From Bacteroidota bacterium (GTDB lineage: Bacteria > Bacteroidota > JABWAT01), in the NCBI GenBank assembly GCA_017303995.1, contig JAFLBE010000017.1, positions 4,000 to 67,999 on the forward strand: a stretch of DNA of 64,000 nucleotides. Direction: 5' to 3'. The translations under genes and the position numbers were made by a program. The stretch's first letter is position 1, and each line of letters opens with the position of its first letter. Positions 55,569-64,000 of the stretch are shown in pieces. The notes under the pieces were generated by a model. That model made no database searches, had not been told where the DNA came from, and worked only from the letters and a program-made list of their open reading frames with translations.

Positions 55569-56714
55569 ATGAACAGACTATTTCTTGATTTTGCTTCTAC
55601 AACTCCGGTTCACCCGGAAGTTATTTCCGTCATTGAATCGGCATTTAAAAACCTGCCTGGAAATCCATCAAGTATTCATGATGATGGACGAAAAGCCCGG
55701 TTTGCCATAGAAGATGCACGGGAGCGGGTTGCCAGTTTATTGGGGAAGCAGCCATCAGAAATTGTTTTTACAGCTTCGGCTACAGAATCAATCAATACGG
55801 TTCTGAAAAGCTGGTTTTTTCATCACCTTCCTGCAAAATCAACTTATTATTCCTCACCCGCTGAACATCATGCGACTCTGCTCACTCTGGAATATCTGGA
55901 AAGTAAAGGTGTTGAATTCCACCAGATTCAACCCGATCAATCTGGGATTGTTCATCCGTTTCAGCCAGAACAGGGAAGTCTGGTTTCCCTGATGGCTGTG
56001 AATAATGAATTGGGAAGTATATTACCATCAGCGACAATTCAATCTGTTCTAAACTCAGGTGCATCGTTGCATATTGACGCCGTTCAGGCACTTGGTAAAA
56101 TTGATTTATCCACTTTTATGGATGCAGATTTTCTTTCGTTTTCAGGTCACAAATTTTACGGTCCGCGCGGAGTGGGATTGCTGGTCGTGAAATCGGGTTC
56201 TGATCTTGAACCGTTGCTTCATGGTGGTGCTCAGGAAAGAAATCGCCGGAGCGGAACTGAGCCAACGGCCTTGATTCTTGGATTCGCAAAAGCACTTGAA
56301 CTTGCACTGGCGACACAGGAAACAACTTTTAACCAGGCTTTAAAACTCAATAATTATCTCCGGAAAAATCTGAAATCCATTGTTCCGGAAGTTCAGTTTA
56401 ATTCGCAGGATGACGGATCGCCATTTATACTCAATTTTACACTTTCTTCAGATCCAAAAGAACAAATAGACAGTGAAGCTGTGATTATGGGATTGGATGC
56501 GAAGGGGATTTCGGTCAGTTCGGGTTCTGCCTGTTCATCGGGAAGCTGGGAACCTTCTCACGTTCTGAAGGCGATCGGGAAATCAGATTATGAAGCACAA
56601 ACCACCTTACGGGTTTCATTCGGTCATGGAATTACAGAAACCGATCTTGACCGGTTTACTGAAACTCTTGATGGGATTTTGAAGAAAATGAAACTGGCTT
56701 TAACCCTGCTTTGA
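55569..56714 (+). CDS. Cysteine desulfurase (class V aminotransferase, NifS/IscS-like)
   Basis: PLP-lysine region FLSFSGHKFYGPRGVGLLVV and active-site Cys loop SSGSACSSGS. Confidence 0.85.
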   Translation: MNRLFLDFASTTPVHPEVISVIESAFKNLPGNPSSIHDDGRKARFAIEDARERVASLLGKQPSEIVFTASATESINTVLKSWFFHHLPAKSTYYSSPAEHHATLLTLEYLESKGVEFHQIQPDQSGIVHPFQPEQGSLVSLMAVNNELGSILPSATIQSVLNSGASLHIDAVQALGKIDLSTFMDADFLSFSGHKFYGPRGVGLLVVKSGSDLEPLLHGGAQERNRRSGTEPTALILGFAKALELALATQETTFNQALKLNNYLRKNLKSIVPEVQFNSQDDGSPFILNFTLSSDPKEQIDSEAVIMGLDAKGISVSSGSACSSGSWEPSHVLKAIGKSDYEAQTTLRVSFGHGITETDLDRFTETLDGILKKMKLALTLL

Positions 56715-57605
56715 AGCAAAGATTCCGTATCGAAGTCCTCTGTCGCTGACCACCAGACTTTTTATCCCGAAGAAATCCATAGACGATTCCAGAATCAAAC
56801 ATCCGGCAAGCATCAGATCATACCGTTTACCTAAAATCGGGTACCGGTTTCTGATTTCTGATGAGGGGATCGATTGAAATTCAATTCGTTTTTCTCTGAC
56901 AAAATCGGCCGGTAATGTAGAACCGTGAACGACTTCCGGTTGGTAAGTTTTTAATCCGTGCAACATGGCGCTTAAACTGGTTGGTGTTCCTGCAACGGCA
57001 ACCCAGGTGGTGTTGGGTGTTTCATGAAACGGAAGCGTCATTAACTGTTCTGAAACGTGGGATTGAAATTGGGGGATTTGAAATTTGGCAGGATCTTCAC
57101 CCTGAAGGTGAAATCGTTCAGAAAGTCTGACTGTTCCGATATTGAGCGATTTTTTTTCAAATATCGTTTGCCGGTTTCCGCGAATGAATTCTGTGCTTCC
57201 GCCGCCAATATCAATCAGCCCGAATTGTTCTGCCTGAACTTTCAGTCCGTCGAGTCCGCCATTAAAAGTGAGTTCAGCTTCCTGATCACCCGAAATCACT
57301 TCAATTTGAAAACCTGTAATTACTTTGACCGAATCAATCACATGCTGGCGGTTTTTTGCATCCCGCATGGCACTTGTTGCAAAAAGACTGAACTTTTCAA
57401 CGCCGAGGTTTTTACCGGTTTCTTTATATTCCGACAAGATCTTGATCAGGCGGCCCAAAGCTGGTTCGCCGATAATTCCGGTTAAATGCAGATTTTCACC
57501 CATTCTGGCCATGTTGTGAAAATCGCCAATAATTTCGCCGGTTTCAGTGTTTTTAACCGTCATGAGTACGGTGTTGGTACCAATATCCACTGAAGCCTGA
57601 ATCAT
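56700..57605 (-). CDS. ppx: Ppx/GppA-family phosphatase (exopolyphosphatase / pppGpp phosphohydrolase)
   Basis: Actin-like ATPase fold motifs ASVDIGTNTVLMTV and IDIGGGSTEF. Confidence 0.75.
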   Translation of the reverse strand: MIQASVDIGTNTVLMTVKNTETGEIIGDFHNMARMGENLHLTGIIGEPALGRLIKILSEYKETGKNLGVEKFSLFATSAMRDAKNRQHVIDSVKVITGFQIEVISGDQEAELTFNGGLDGLKVQAEQFGLIDIGGGSTEFIRGNRQTIFEKKSLNIGTVRLSERFHLQGEDPAKFQIPQFQSHVSEQLMTLPFHETPNTTWVAVAGTPTSLSAMLHGLKTYQPEVVHGSTLPADFVREKRIEFQSIPSSEIRNRYPILGKRYDLMLAGCLILESSMDFFGIKSLVVSDRGLRYGIFASKQG

Positions 57606-58462
57606 TTTCTGACCTCAACACCAATCCACTCGTTTTCGGCAGTAATTAAAAAGGAAGAAAATCCAGCTTTTGTAAATGCCCGTTTGATATCCGCTTCGTC
57701 ATATTTTAAAAGTCCGCTCAGAAGAACAACTCCGCCTGAATTAAGATGCTGCAGGTACCAGTCAACATAGGTGAGATGGACGTTTTTGTTCACATTTGCC
57801 AGGATGATATCAAAGGTTTCTGAAGGGGAAATGACTTCATATCCGCCAAAACGAAGATCAATATCAGATTCATCCAGATTCAGCACAATATTTTCTTTTG
57901 AATTTTCGAATGACCAGGTATCCAGGTCAAAAGCGAGTGTTTTTCCGGCTCCGAGTTTTTTTGCAGCGATGGCCAGAACACCGGTTCCCGTTCCGCAATC
58001 TACGGTCGCTTTATCAGTCATGTCCAGCGTTTTCATCATCTGTAGCATGAGCCGTGTGGTTTCATGATAGCCGGTTCCAAACGACATTTTCGGGTCGATA
58101 CAAATCATCACAGGTACTTGTTTTTCTGCTGGATGCCAGGTTGGGTAAATGCAAAACGTGTCGCCGATATAAACCGGTTCGATAGTTGCTTCCCATTGGG
58201 CGTTCCAGTTCTGCTCATCTTCTTTGGAAATCGTCCAGGAAATCTGCCAGTCATCATCCTCAAATAAAAGTTCAGTTTTAAGGTTTTCAAGCCAAAGTGT
58301 TAGCTCATCAAGGGTTTGAAGTTCGGCAGAGAAGGATAATTTGAGTTCATCAAATCCTTCTTCAGAACCCAGGAAACCTTCCAAATCAGAAATTGAAGTG
58401 TTTATTGAATCGTAAGATTCTTCAGGTGCGGTCAGTTTAACGACGTAAAATTGTTTGGGCAT
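57602..58462 (-). CDS. prmA: Ribosomal protein L11 methyltransferase
   Basis: SAM-binding VDCGTGTGVLAIAAKKLGA. PrmA-like N-terminal domain and length. Confidence 0.8.
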   Translation of the reverse strand: MPKQFYVVKLTAPEESYDSINTSISDLEGFLGSEEGFDELKLSFSAELQTLDELTLWLENLKTELLFEDDDWQISWTISKEDEQNWNAQWEATIEPVYIGDTFCIYPTWHPAEKQVPVMICIDPKMSFGTGYHETTRLMLQMMKTLDMTDKATVDCGTGTGVLAIAAKKLGAGKTLAFDLDTWSFENSKENIVLNLDESDIDLRFGGYEVISPSETFDIILANVNKNVHLTYVDWYLQHLNSGGVVLLSGLLKYDEADIKRAFTKAGFSSFLITAENEWIGVEVRK

Positions 58463-58526
58463 AAATTCTCCTGAACGAAGCTAAAAATCTGCGGGATGGA
58501 ATTCAACCCGGAAGCAGGGAAGATGA

Positions 58527-58556
58527 GTTATAAGTTACAAGTTAAAAGTTATAAGT
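58527..58556. repeat. Tandem heptamer array GTTAnAA x 4 (gttataa gttacaa gttaaaa gttataa)
   Basis: Read from the sequence, 170 bp upstream of the adhesin gene. A similar array lies at 59660-59687 and a 2-unit copy at 53355-53368. Confidence 0.8.
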
Positions 58557-58728
58557 CAGGTGGAACGAAATTCCTTATTCCTTTTGGGGTGATAAGTGGA
58601 AAGTGAAATGCTGTTTTTTACTTTTGGTGATGTTCTTAATTGTGAGTTTACCAGGATAATAAATATTTGAAACCACTTCACTTTAATCCCGTAAGACCGG
58701 AAAAGAATTTCAAACCAAAGAGGTCAGC

Positions 58729-59652
58729 ATGAAACGTTTTGCTCTTGCTTTTTTCACCCTTCTTTTAATCCCGGCTTTTACTTTTGCACAAACACTCCTT
58801 GAAAAAAAGACCTTCACCGGACCCGATCTTAAAAAAATTATTCTCACAACTTCAGGCGGTGATATCAAAATTGAATCCTGGGCGAAAAATGAAGTTGAAG
58901 TTTCTCTCTTTTTAACAGATAAATCCAGTAAGAAACAGGCAGAATTTGAGGAGAAGTATACCCGTTCCTATAAAATGGAAAACGGAGTCGTTATCGTCGA
59001 GGTTAAGCAAAAATCAAAATCCAAATGGAATATCTTTGGCGGTTGGAATAGCACCGGACATGAATTCAAAGTTTTTGTTCCGGCTGCTTTTACAATTAAA
59101 AGCACCACTTCAGGCGGAGATGTTTCCATTTATGGCATTAAAGGAATTGTGAATGCTACCACTTCCGGTGGTGACTTTGATCTTCAGGATATTTCAGGCA
59201 TTATCGAAGTGTCAACTTCCGGTGGAGATATTGAACTTGATGAAGTCTCGGGAACTGTAAATGCCTCAACCTCAGGCGGAGACATCCGGGCAAAACGCCT
59301 TGCCGGAAAACTGGCATTGAGCACATCGGGTGGAGATATTGAGGTCAGTGCAGATGGCGCTTCGGTTGATGCTTCAACATCAGGCGGAGATATTAAAGTT
59401 GATGTTGATACCAAATGTGACGGTCTTGATGTTTCAACTTCCGGTGGTGATATTACCATTAAAATCCCAAAAACAACTGCAGCGGAACTTGATCTCCGTA
59501 CGTCTGGTGGCGGAGTCAGGCTTTCTGATGAACTTGAATCCAAGTTAATCGGAAAAATTAAAAAGGATAAAGTGACCGGGAAGTTGAACGGTGGTGGTGT
59601 TGATATCAAAGCAAGTACTTCAGGTGGCGGAATACGGGTGGATGGGAAGTAA
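58729..59652 (+). CDS. Secreted DUF4097-like putative adhesin / beta-helix repeat protein
   Basis: Signal peptide and about 10 tandem ~20-aa repeats centred on [ST]TSGGD[IVF] (TTSGGDIKIE, STSGGDIELD, STSGGDIRAK and so on). Confidence 0.55.
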   Translation: MKRFALAFFTLLLIPAFTFAQTLLEKKTFTGPDLKKIILTTSGGDIKIESWAKNEVEVSLFLTDKSSKKQAEFEEKYTRSYKMENGVVIVEVKQKSKSKWNIFGGWNSTGHEFKVFVPAAFTIKSTTSGGDVSIYGIKGIVNATTSGGDFDLQDISGIIEVSTSGGDIELDEVSGTVNASTSGGDIRAKRLAGKLALSTSGGDIEVSADGASVDASTSGGDIKVDVDTKCDGLDVSTSGGDITIKIPKTTAAELDLRTSGGGVRLSDELESKLIGKIKKDKVTGKLNGGGVDIKASTSGGGIRVDGK

Positions 59653-59659
59653 AAGGCAA

Positions 59660-59687
59660 GTTACAAGTTATAAGTTATAAGTTACAA
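59660..59687. repeat. Tandem heptamer array GTTAYAA x 4 (gttacaa gttataa gttataa gttacaa)
   Basis: Read from the sequence, 8 bp downstream of the adhesin stop. Confidence 0.8.
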
Positions 59688-59690
59688 AAA

Positions 59691-59717
59691 AGGGCGGCCA
59701 TGGGTCGCCCTTTTTTG
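59691..59717. terminator. Bidirectional rho-independent terminator
   Basis: A-run, then stem gggcggcc / ggtcgccc (8 bp, one G-U pair), then T-run. Confidence 0.75.
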
Positions 59718-59868
59718 TTTTGGGTAAAACAGGAAGAATTCAAAAAAAAGGTTGACAGACGATGTCACTTAGAGTCCCAGTTTAAATTTCATTCAATAGT
59801 TTTTCAATTATCTCCTTCCATCCATTACGGAGTGGCACCTGCATCTTTGTAAAAAAAAGAGGTGATCC

Positions 59869-61536
59869 ATGAGTACCACAGAAAAAAAACCTTCCCTGAT
59901 TGATCTGATTGAATCCTTTCAAAATGGATTTGAACTTTCAGAATTTTCATTTCACTCAATTAAATTAACCGGCAGCAATTCAAAATTGCTGGCAGAACTG
60001 CTTACTGTTGATGAAACAACTGCAGTACTTTACGCCGGCTTGTTTTATCTGAGTATTTCCCGCTCTTCGATGGATTTTGATGATCTCGTTCAGAATATCG
60101 GAATAAAGAAAGGGGATTTCAGGTGGGTTTATGAAAGCCTTCTCAAATTGAAGTCAAAACGGCTCATTTATTTTGAAAGAAACCAGGGATTTATTCAATC
60201 ATCAAACCAATTTCAGTTTTCAATTCCCAGAACTGTTTTTAATCAGATACTGAAAGGGGAGAAATTAACCTTCCAGGTGAAAGATCCGGCGGATATTTAT
60301 CAGGTCATAGTCCGTTGCCGTGAACTTGTTGACTACATGGATGAAACCGATATGTCTGATGATGAATTTTTTAGAGAATTTGATGACCTGCTTTCTGCAT
60401 CGGCTTCTTTGCCCCAGGTGAACTGGCTGGATTTGCAAATTAAGGATCGGTTTGAAAAGGTCGTTCTGCTGCTGACGGCAGAATGTTGGCTGAATCTTTT
60501 AGGTTCTTACTGTCCAGAAGAGGTGCTCGATAAACTTTTTTCTGAATCCAAACATGAACGAATCAGGATCAAGCATAAAATCCAAAGAGGTGAATTACTC
60601 ATCCAAAAAAAGGAATATGTTCGCTTGACCAAATCTTTTTTCAAAGACGGTATTGACCTTGAACTGACGGAAACGGTAACGGATTCCTGGTTTCCAGAAG
60701 AAATCCAAATGACCCCGGGTCAGTTTCCAAAACCAAAATTCGGGTTTTGGCTTGATCAGGCGAAAATAGCAGAAATGCCACTTTATTTTAATCCGGGTTT
60801 TGATGGACAGGTTTTGCAGGTTAAACAGGCGTTGGAAGAACATAACTATTCCAAGATTAAGGAACGGTTTGAGGAAAAGGGGTTACGAAGAGGAATGGCC
60901 ATGATTTTTCATGGTGCGCCAGGCACAGGAAAAACCGAATTTGTTTATCAGCTTGCCAGACAAACCGGACGGGCAATTCTTCACGTGAATATCAGTGAAA
61001 TCAGGGATGCCTGGGTTGGAGAAAGCGAGAAAAATCTGGCCTCTATTTTTTCCCATTACAAAAAGTTGAGAAAAATGCAGGAGCGGGATCCCATTCTCTT
61101 ATTCAACGAAAGTGATGCTTTGATTGGTAACCGGATAGAAGTCAAAGGCAGTGTGGATCAAATGAACAATGCCATGCAGAATATCTTGCTGGAAAGTCTT
61201 GAAAAATTTGAGGGAATTCTGATCGCAACAACGAATCTGATTGAAAATATTGATCCGGCTTTTGATCGCCGGTTTCTGTTTAAACTTGAGTTTTTACTTC
61301 CTGATCTGAGTACCCGAATAAAAATATGGCAGGCGAAAATGCCGGGGTTAACCGAGGAAGAGGCGTTGGTTTTAGCTGAATACAAAGATCTGACAGGTGC
61401 CCAGATTGAAAATGTGATCAGAAAAGCTGATATCGAAACCATTCTTCACGGAAAAGAACCTGATTTGAATTGTTTGCTTCAGTTTAGCAGGGAAGAGATT
61501 CTACGGAATGGCAAAAAGAAGGGGATAGGATTTTAG
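59869..61536 (+). CDS. AAA+ ATPase (classical AAA clade) with an uncharacterised ~330-aa N-terminal domain
   Basis: Walker A GAPGTGKTE, Walker B ILLFNESDAL, a sensor-1/second region of homology and an arginine finger (ATTNLIENIDPAFDRRF). Confidence 0.8.
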   Translation: MSTTEKKPSLIDLIESFQNGFELSEFSFHSIKLTGSNSKLLAELLTVDETTAVLYAGLFYLSISRSSMDFDDLVQNIGIKKGDFRWVYESLLKLKSKRLIYFERNQGFIQSSNQFQFSIPRTVFNQILKGEKLTFQVKDPADIYQVIVRCRELVDYMDETDMSDDEFFREFDDLLSASASLPQVNWLDLQIKDRFEKVVLLLTAECWLNLLGSYCPEEVLDKLFSESKHERIRIKHKIQRGELLIQKKEYVRLTKSFFKDGIDLELTETVTDSWFPEEIQMTPGQFPKPKFGFWLDQAKIAEMPLYFNPGFDGQVLQVKQALEEHNYSKIKERFEEKGLRRGMAMIFHGAPGTGKTEFVYQLARQTGRAILHVNISEIRDAWVGESEKNLASIFSHYKKLRKMQERDPILLFNESDALIGNRIEVKGSVDQMNNAMQNILLESLEKFEGILIATTNLIENIDPAFDRRFLFKLEFLLPDLSTRIKIWQAKMPGLTEEEALVLAEYKDLTGAQIENVIRKADIETILHGKEPDLNCLLQFSREEILRNGKKKGIGF

Positions 61537-61563
61537 TGGTTTGAATCCTAATGTTTTTAAAAA

Positions 61564-61634
61564 CCACCCCGGCTTCGCCACCCCCCGATCCCGATTCTCG
61601 GGACGGGGCAGGCTCTCCTTGGAAAGGAGGGGAG
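61564..61634. repeat. GC-rich palindromic intergenic repeat element, copy B (inverted relative to copy A)
   Basis: Its reverse complement shares ctcctttccaaggagagcc and gggggggtggcgaagccggggtgg with the 53453-53517 element. It contains its own CCCGA-ttc-TCGGG hairpin. Confidence 0.75.
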
Positions 61635-61680
61635 TTATTTCGCATTAGAGAACAAAATGAATTTGTATTATAAAAAATAA

Positions 61681-63666
61681 ATGTTGTACTTTTCCATCAA
61701 GAAAAATCAATCCAGAGGTCCAAGTATGTCATCACCTTTTCTGACCAAATCCAGATTTAAAATTGCGCTCGAATGTGCAGATAAACTCTACTTTGCAAGA
61801 CACGATTCTGATTTCCCAAGTGAAAAAACCGATGATCAGTTTTTACTGGCGTTAGCAGAGGGCGGATTTCAGGTTGGGGAACTGGCAAAGTTACTCTGGC
61901 TGGGCGGAATTGAGATTCTAACCCGGAATCATGCAGACTCTGTTTCAGAAACAGAGAAATTGCTCCAGCAGGATTCAGTTACCATTTATGAAGCTGCATT
62001 TCAGTCGGGCAATCTTTTCATCCGGGCAGATGTGGTGGTAAAAAAGGGCAATCAGCTTTTTCTTTATGAAGTGAAGGCGAAATCATGGTCGGCTGAAACT
62101 GAATTCTGGGCGAAAAGGAAAGAGTCCATTACAAGTACCTGGGCACCCTATTTATATGATGTTGCGTTTCAGGATCTGGTCATCCGGAAGGCACATCCCG
62201 AATTTATTGTTCACCCGCATCTGATTCTGGCGGATAAAACAATCCGTACAACATCCAACCGGCTGAATCAGAAATTTAAAATCAGGAAATTGGATGGACA
62301 AGTAAAAATTGATATCAACGCGAAGATTCCACTTGGCGAACCGTTGCTTCGGGCGATTGATGTGTCGAGGGAAGTCCAGTTTATCCAAAACTCCGACATT
62401 GAAATCAATGAAGTCCCTTATTCTTTTTCTGACGCCATTGATATTTTTGCCAACCATTATGAAGAGGGCATTCAACTCAACCTTCCGGTTGGAAAACGGT
62501 GTGGTGCCTGTGAATACCGGGCTACTGAGGAGCAGAAACTAGCGGGAAAGAAAGATGGATTTGAATTCTGCTGGACCCGAAAAACTATGCTGAAGGAGAA
62601 GGATTTAACGAAACCGATGGTTTTTGAACTCTGGAATTACCGGAAAAAAGAAGACCGGATTCTTGAAGGCCGGTTTTTCCTTTCTGATTTGGGGTTGGAT
62701 GATCTTGGAACCGGGAAAACTGCCGACCGCCAATGGCTGCAGGTTCAAAAAAGAACGTCCGCTTTTAAATCGCCCTGGCTGAATCTTGAATTTATCCGTC
62801 AGGAAATGGCAGCGCTTAACTTTCCCCTTCATTTCATCGATTTTGAAACCAGTATTGTAGCCATTCCATTTTTCTCCGGGCAGCATCCTTATGAAACCGT
62901 GGCTTTTCAATATTCACACCACATTTTGGAAGCGAATGGAACGGTTCGTCATGCCGGACAGTGGTTGTCTGATAAACCCGGTGATTATCCAAACTTTGAA
63001 TTTATACGGGCATTAAAAAAGGAACTTGGCCAGGATGATGGTACGATATTCCGGTATGCAAACCATGAAAATTCGGTACTGAATCAGATTGCTGTCAGTC
63101 TTGAAAATTCAACTGAGCCAGATAAAACTGAATTGATAGCCTTCATCAGGTCGATTACCCAGCAGAAAGAAGGAAAAGGGTATTTGGCCGGGAACCGGAA
63201 CATGGTGGATTTGCTGCAATGGGTTCTTTCCGGATTTTATTCTCCGGTTATGAAGGGTTCAAATTCAATCAAAGCGGTTCTGCCGGCAGTTTTGTATGAA
63301 TCGTCCTTTCTGCGGGAGAAATACAGCAAACCCATTTATGGTACAAAGGAAATTGAAAGTCTTAATTTCACCGGACAAGTCTGGATCAGGGAAAATCAGG
63401 ATGGAACGGTGGATTCACCTTACCATTTTCTTCCGCCGATTTTTGAACAGCAGGTTGAACTTGAAAACAGCGAAACCGAAGAAGGCAGTGTTTTATCGGA
63501 TGGTGGTGCAGCCATGACCGCTTGGGCAAAACTGCAGTTTGAGGAGATTTCAGGGGAAGAAAGGAAAAAAATAAGGGAAGCCTTGTTGCGGTACTGTGAA
63601 CTCGATACACTTGCCATGGTGATGATCTGGGAATATTTTGCTGATGTGGTGAAGAAGGGGAAGTGA
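61681..63666 (+). CDS. Two-nuclease-domain protein: N-terminal RecB/Cas4-like PD-(D/E)xK nuclease (DUF2779-like, with candidate 4-Cys cluster) and C-terminal DEDDy-like 3'-5' exonuclease-like region. The likely start is the Met at nt 61726.
   Basis: N-terminus LTKSRFKIALECADKLYF. PD-(D/E)xK-like IRADVVV...LYEVKAKS. Cysteines are C31 (ECADK), then C-x2-C-x15-C at KRCGACEY...FEFCWT. The C-terminal half has IDFET (Exo I-like D-x-E) and RYCELD (Y-x3-D, Exo III of the DEDDy type). Confidence 0.5.
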   Translation: MLYFSIKKNQSRGPSMSSPFLTKSRFKIALECADKLYFARHDSDFPSEKTDDQFLLALAEGGFQVGELAKLLWLGGIEILTRNHADSVSETEKLLQQDSVTIYEAAFQSGNLFIRADVVVKKGNQLFLYEVKAKSWSAETEFWAKRKESITSTWAPYLYDVAFQDLVIRKAHPEFIVHPHLILADKTIRTTSNRLNQKFKIRKLDGQVKIDINAKIPLGEPLLRAIDVSREVQFIQNSDIEINEVPYSFSDAIDIFANHYEEGIQLNLPVGKRCGACEYRATEEQKLAGKKDGFEFCWTRKTMLKEKDLTKPMVFELWNYRKKEDRILEGRFFLSDLGLDDLGTGKTADRQWLQVQKRTSAFKSPWLNLEFIRQEMAALNFPLHFIDFETSIVAIPFFSGQHPYETVAFQYSHHILEANGTVRHAGQWLSDKPGDYPNFEFIRALKKELGQDDGTIFRYANHENSVLNQIAVSLENSTEPDKTELIAFIRSITQQKEGKGYLAGNRNMVDLLQWVLSGFYSPVMKGSNSIKAVLPAVLYESSFLREKYSKPIYGTKEIESLNFTGQVWIRENQDGTVDSPYHFLPPIFEQQVELENSETEEGSVLSDGGAAMTAWAKLQFEEISGEERKKIREALLRYCELDTLAMVMIWEYFADVVKKGK

Positions 63667-63913
63667 CCTCATCCGTCCGTCTGACGACGGAATATTTACC
63701 TCATCCGTCTCCCGCAAGCGGGATCCACCTTCTCCCAGGGGAGAAGGGGAATACAGGAGAAATTTTAAAGTTTTTTGGTTTGGTGCTGTTTTTATTTATT
63801 CTTTTTTGAAAAAAAACGACATTGGAATATTTTAGAGAAATTGGTCTATTGGTGTCCTGAATTTTTCCTTCTCCCTTGGGAGAAGGTGTCCGTCGCTAGA
63901 GGGACGGATGAGG
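63667..63913. mobile_element. MITE-like element: 12-bp perfect terminal inverted repeats (CCTCATCCGTCC ... GGACGGATGAGG) flanking ~220 bp with internal GC hairpins and an AT-rich core
   Basis: Terminal inverted repeats read from the sequence. Internal hairpins CCTTCTCCC-agg-GGAGAAGG (63729-63747) and CCTTCTCCC-ttg-GGAGAAGG (63867-63886). Subterminal duplicate acctcatccgtc at 63698. Confidence 0.4.
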
Positions 63914-64000
63914 CCATAAATCCCGTGGAAAAAGTGTATTTAATCCCGAGCAAATATGCAAAACAGCAAACCATTTCATCATGGTGCACCTGAACCGTTA

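Noticed and set aside
63775-63993. 72-aa ORF at the window end
   Set aside because: Falls inside the MITE-like inverted-repeat element, has odd composition (WCCFYLFFFEKK) and no homology signal.
1-64000. CRISPR array or cas genes
   Set aside because: No regularly spaced direct repeats of 25-40 bp with unique spacers were seen. The tandem repeats present are heptamers or single hairpin elements.

Overview
This 64 kb window looks like an FCB-group (Bacteroidota/Ignavibacteriota/Chlorobi-like) chromosome at about 40% GC, with genes tightly packed and mostly on the + strand. Calls are based on motifs read by eye from the ORF translations and DNA; no database search was possible. Positions 1-26970 form one large accessory surface-polysaccharide locus. 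It encodes a Wzc-like BY-kinase co-polymerase, a 1407-aa T9SS-sorted giant repeat protein, a PorV/Wzp-like beta-barrel, ten or more glycosyltransferases (GT4, GT2, one processive QxxRW GT2), two Wzx-like flippases, a Wzy-like polymerase, an acetyltransferase, and a priming sugar-phosphotransferase fused to a sugar-1-P nucleotidyltransferase. The distal end of that operon carries an embedded partner-switching module (STAS antagonist, GAF-PP2C phosphatase, REC-fused RsbW-type kinase). It is followed by a convergent ECF-sigma/FecR/TonB-dependent transducer unit and then an S41 protease with ExbB-ExbD-ExbD-TonB. Housekeeping anchors are aspS (partial), tRNA-Pro(CGG), proS, gltX, a cysteine desulfurase, ppx and prmA. 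Other modules are a CarH-like MerR/B12 regulator divergent from REC and REC-GGDEF genes, and an Lrp-WD40-J-domain operon. There is also a cupredoxin-like / class III nucleotidyl cyclase / OM beta-barrel / Tat ferritin-like operon, an ECF sigma with a ZAS anti-sigma and a Spy-like protein, and a DUF4097-type repeat adhesin. The last 4 kb hold an AAA+ ATPase beside a RecB/Cas4-like plus DEDDy-like dual-nuclease protein, flanked by GC-rich palindromic repeats and a MITE-like inverted-repeat element. Several families of short intergenic repeats are present (GC-rich hairpin elements, GTTAYAA and GGGGTAC heptamer arrays). No CRISPR array, integrase or rRNA was seen.
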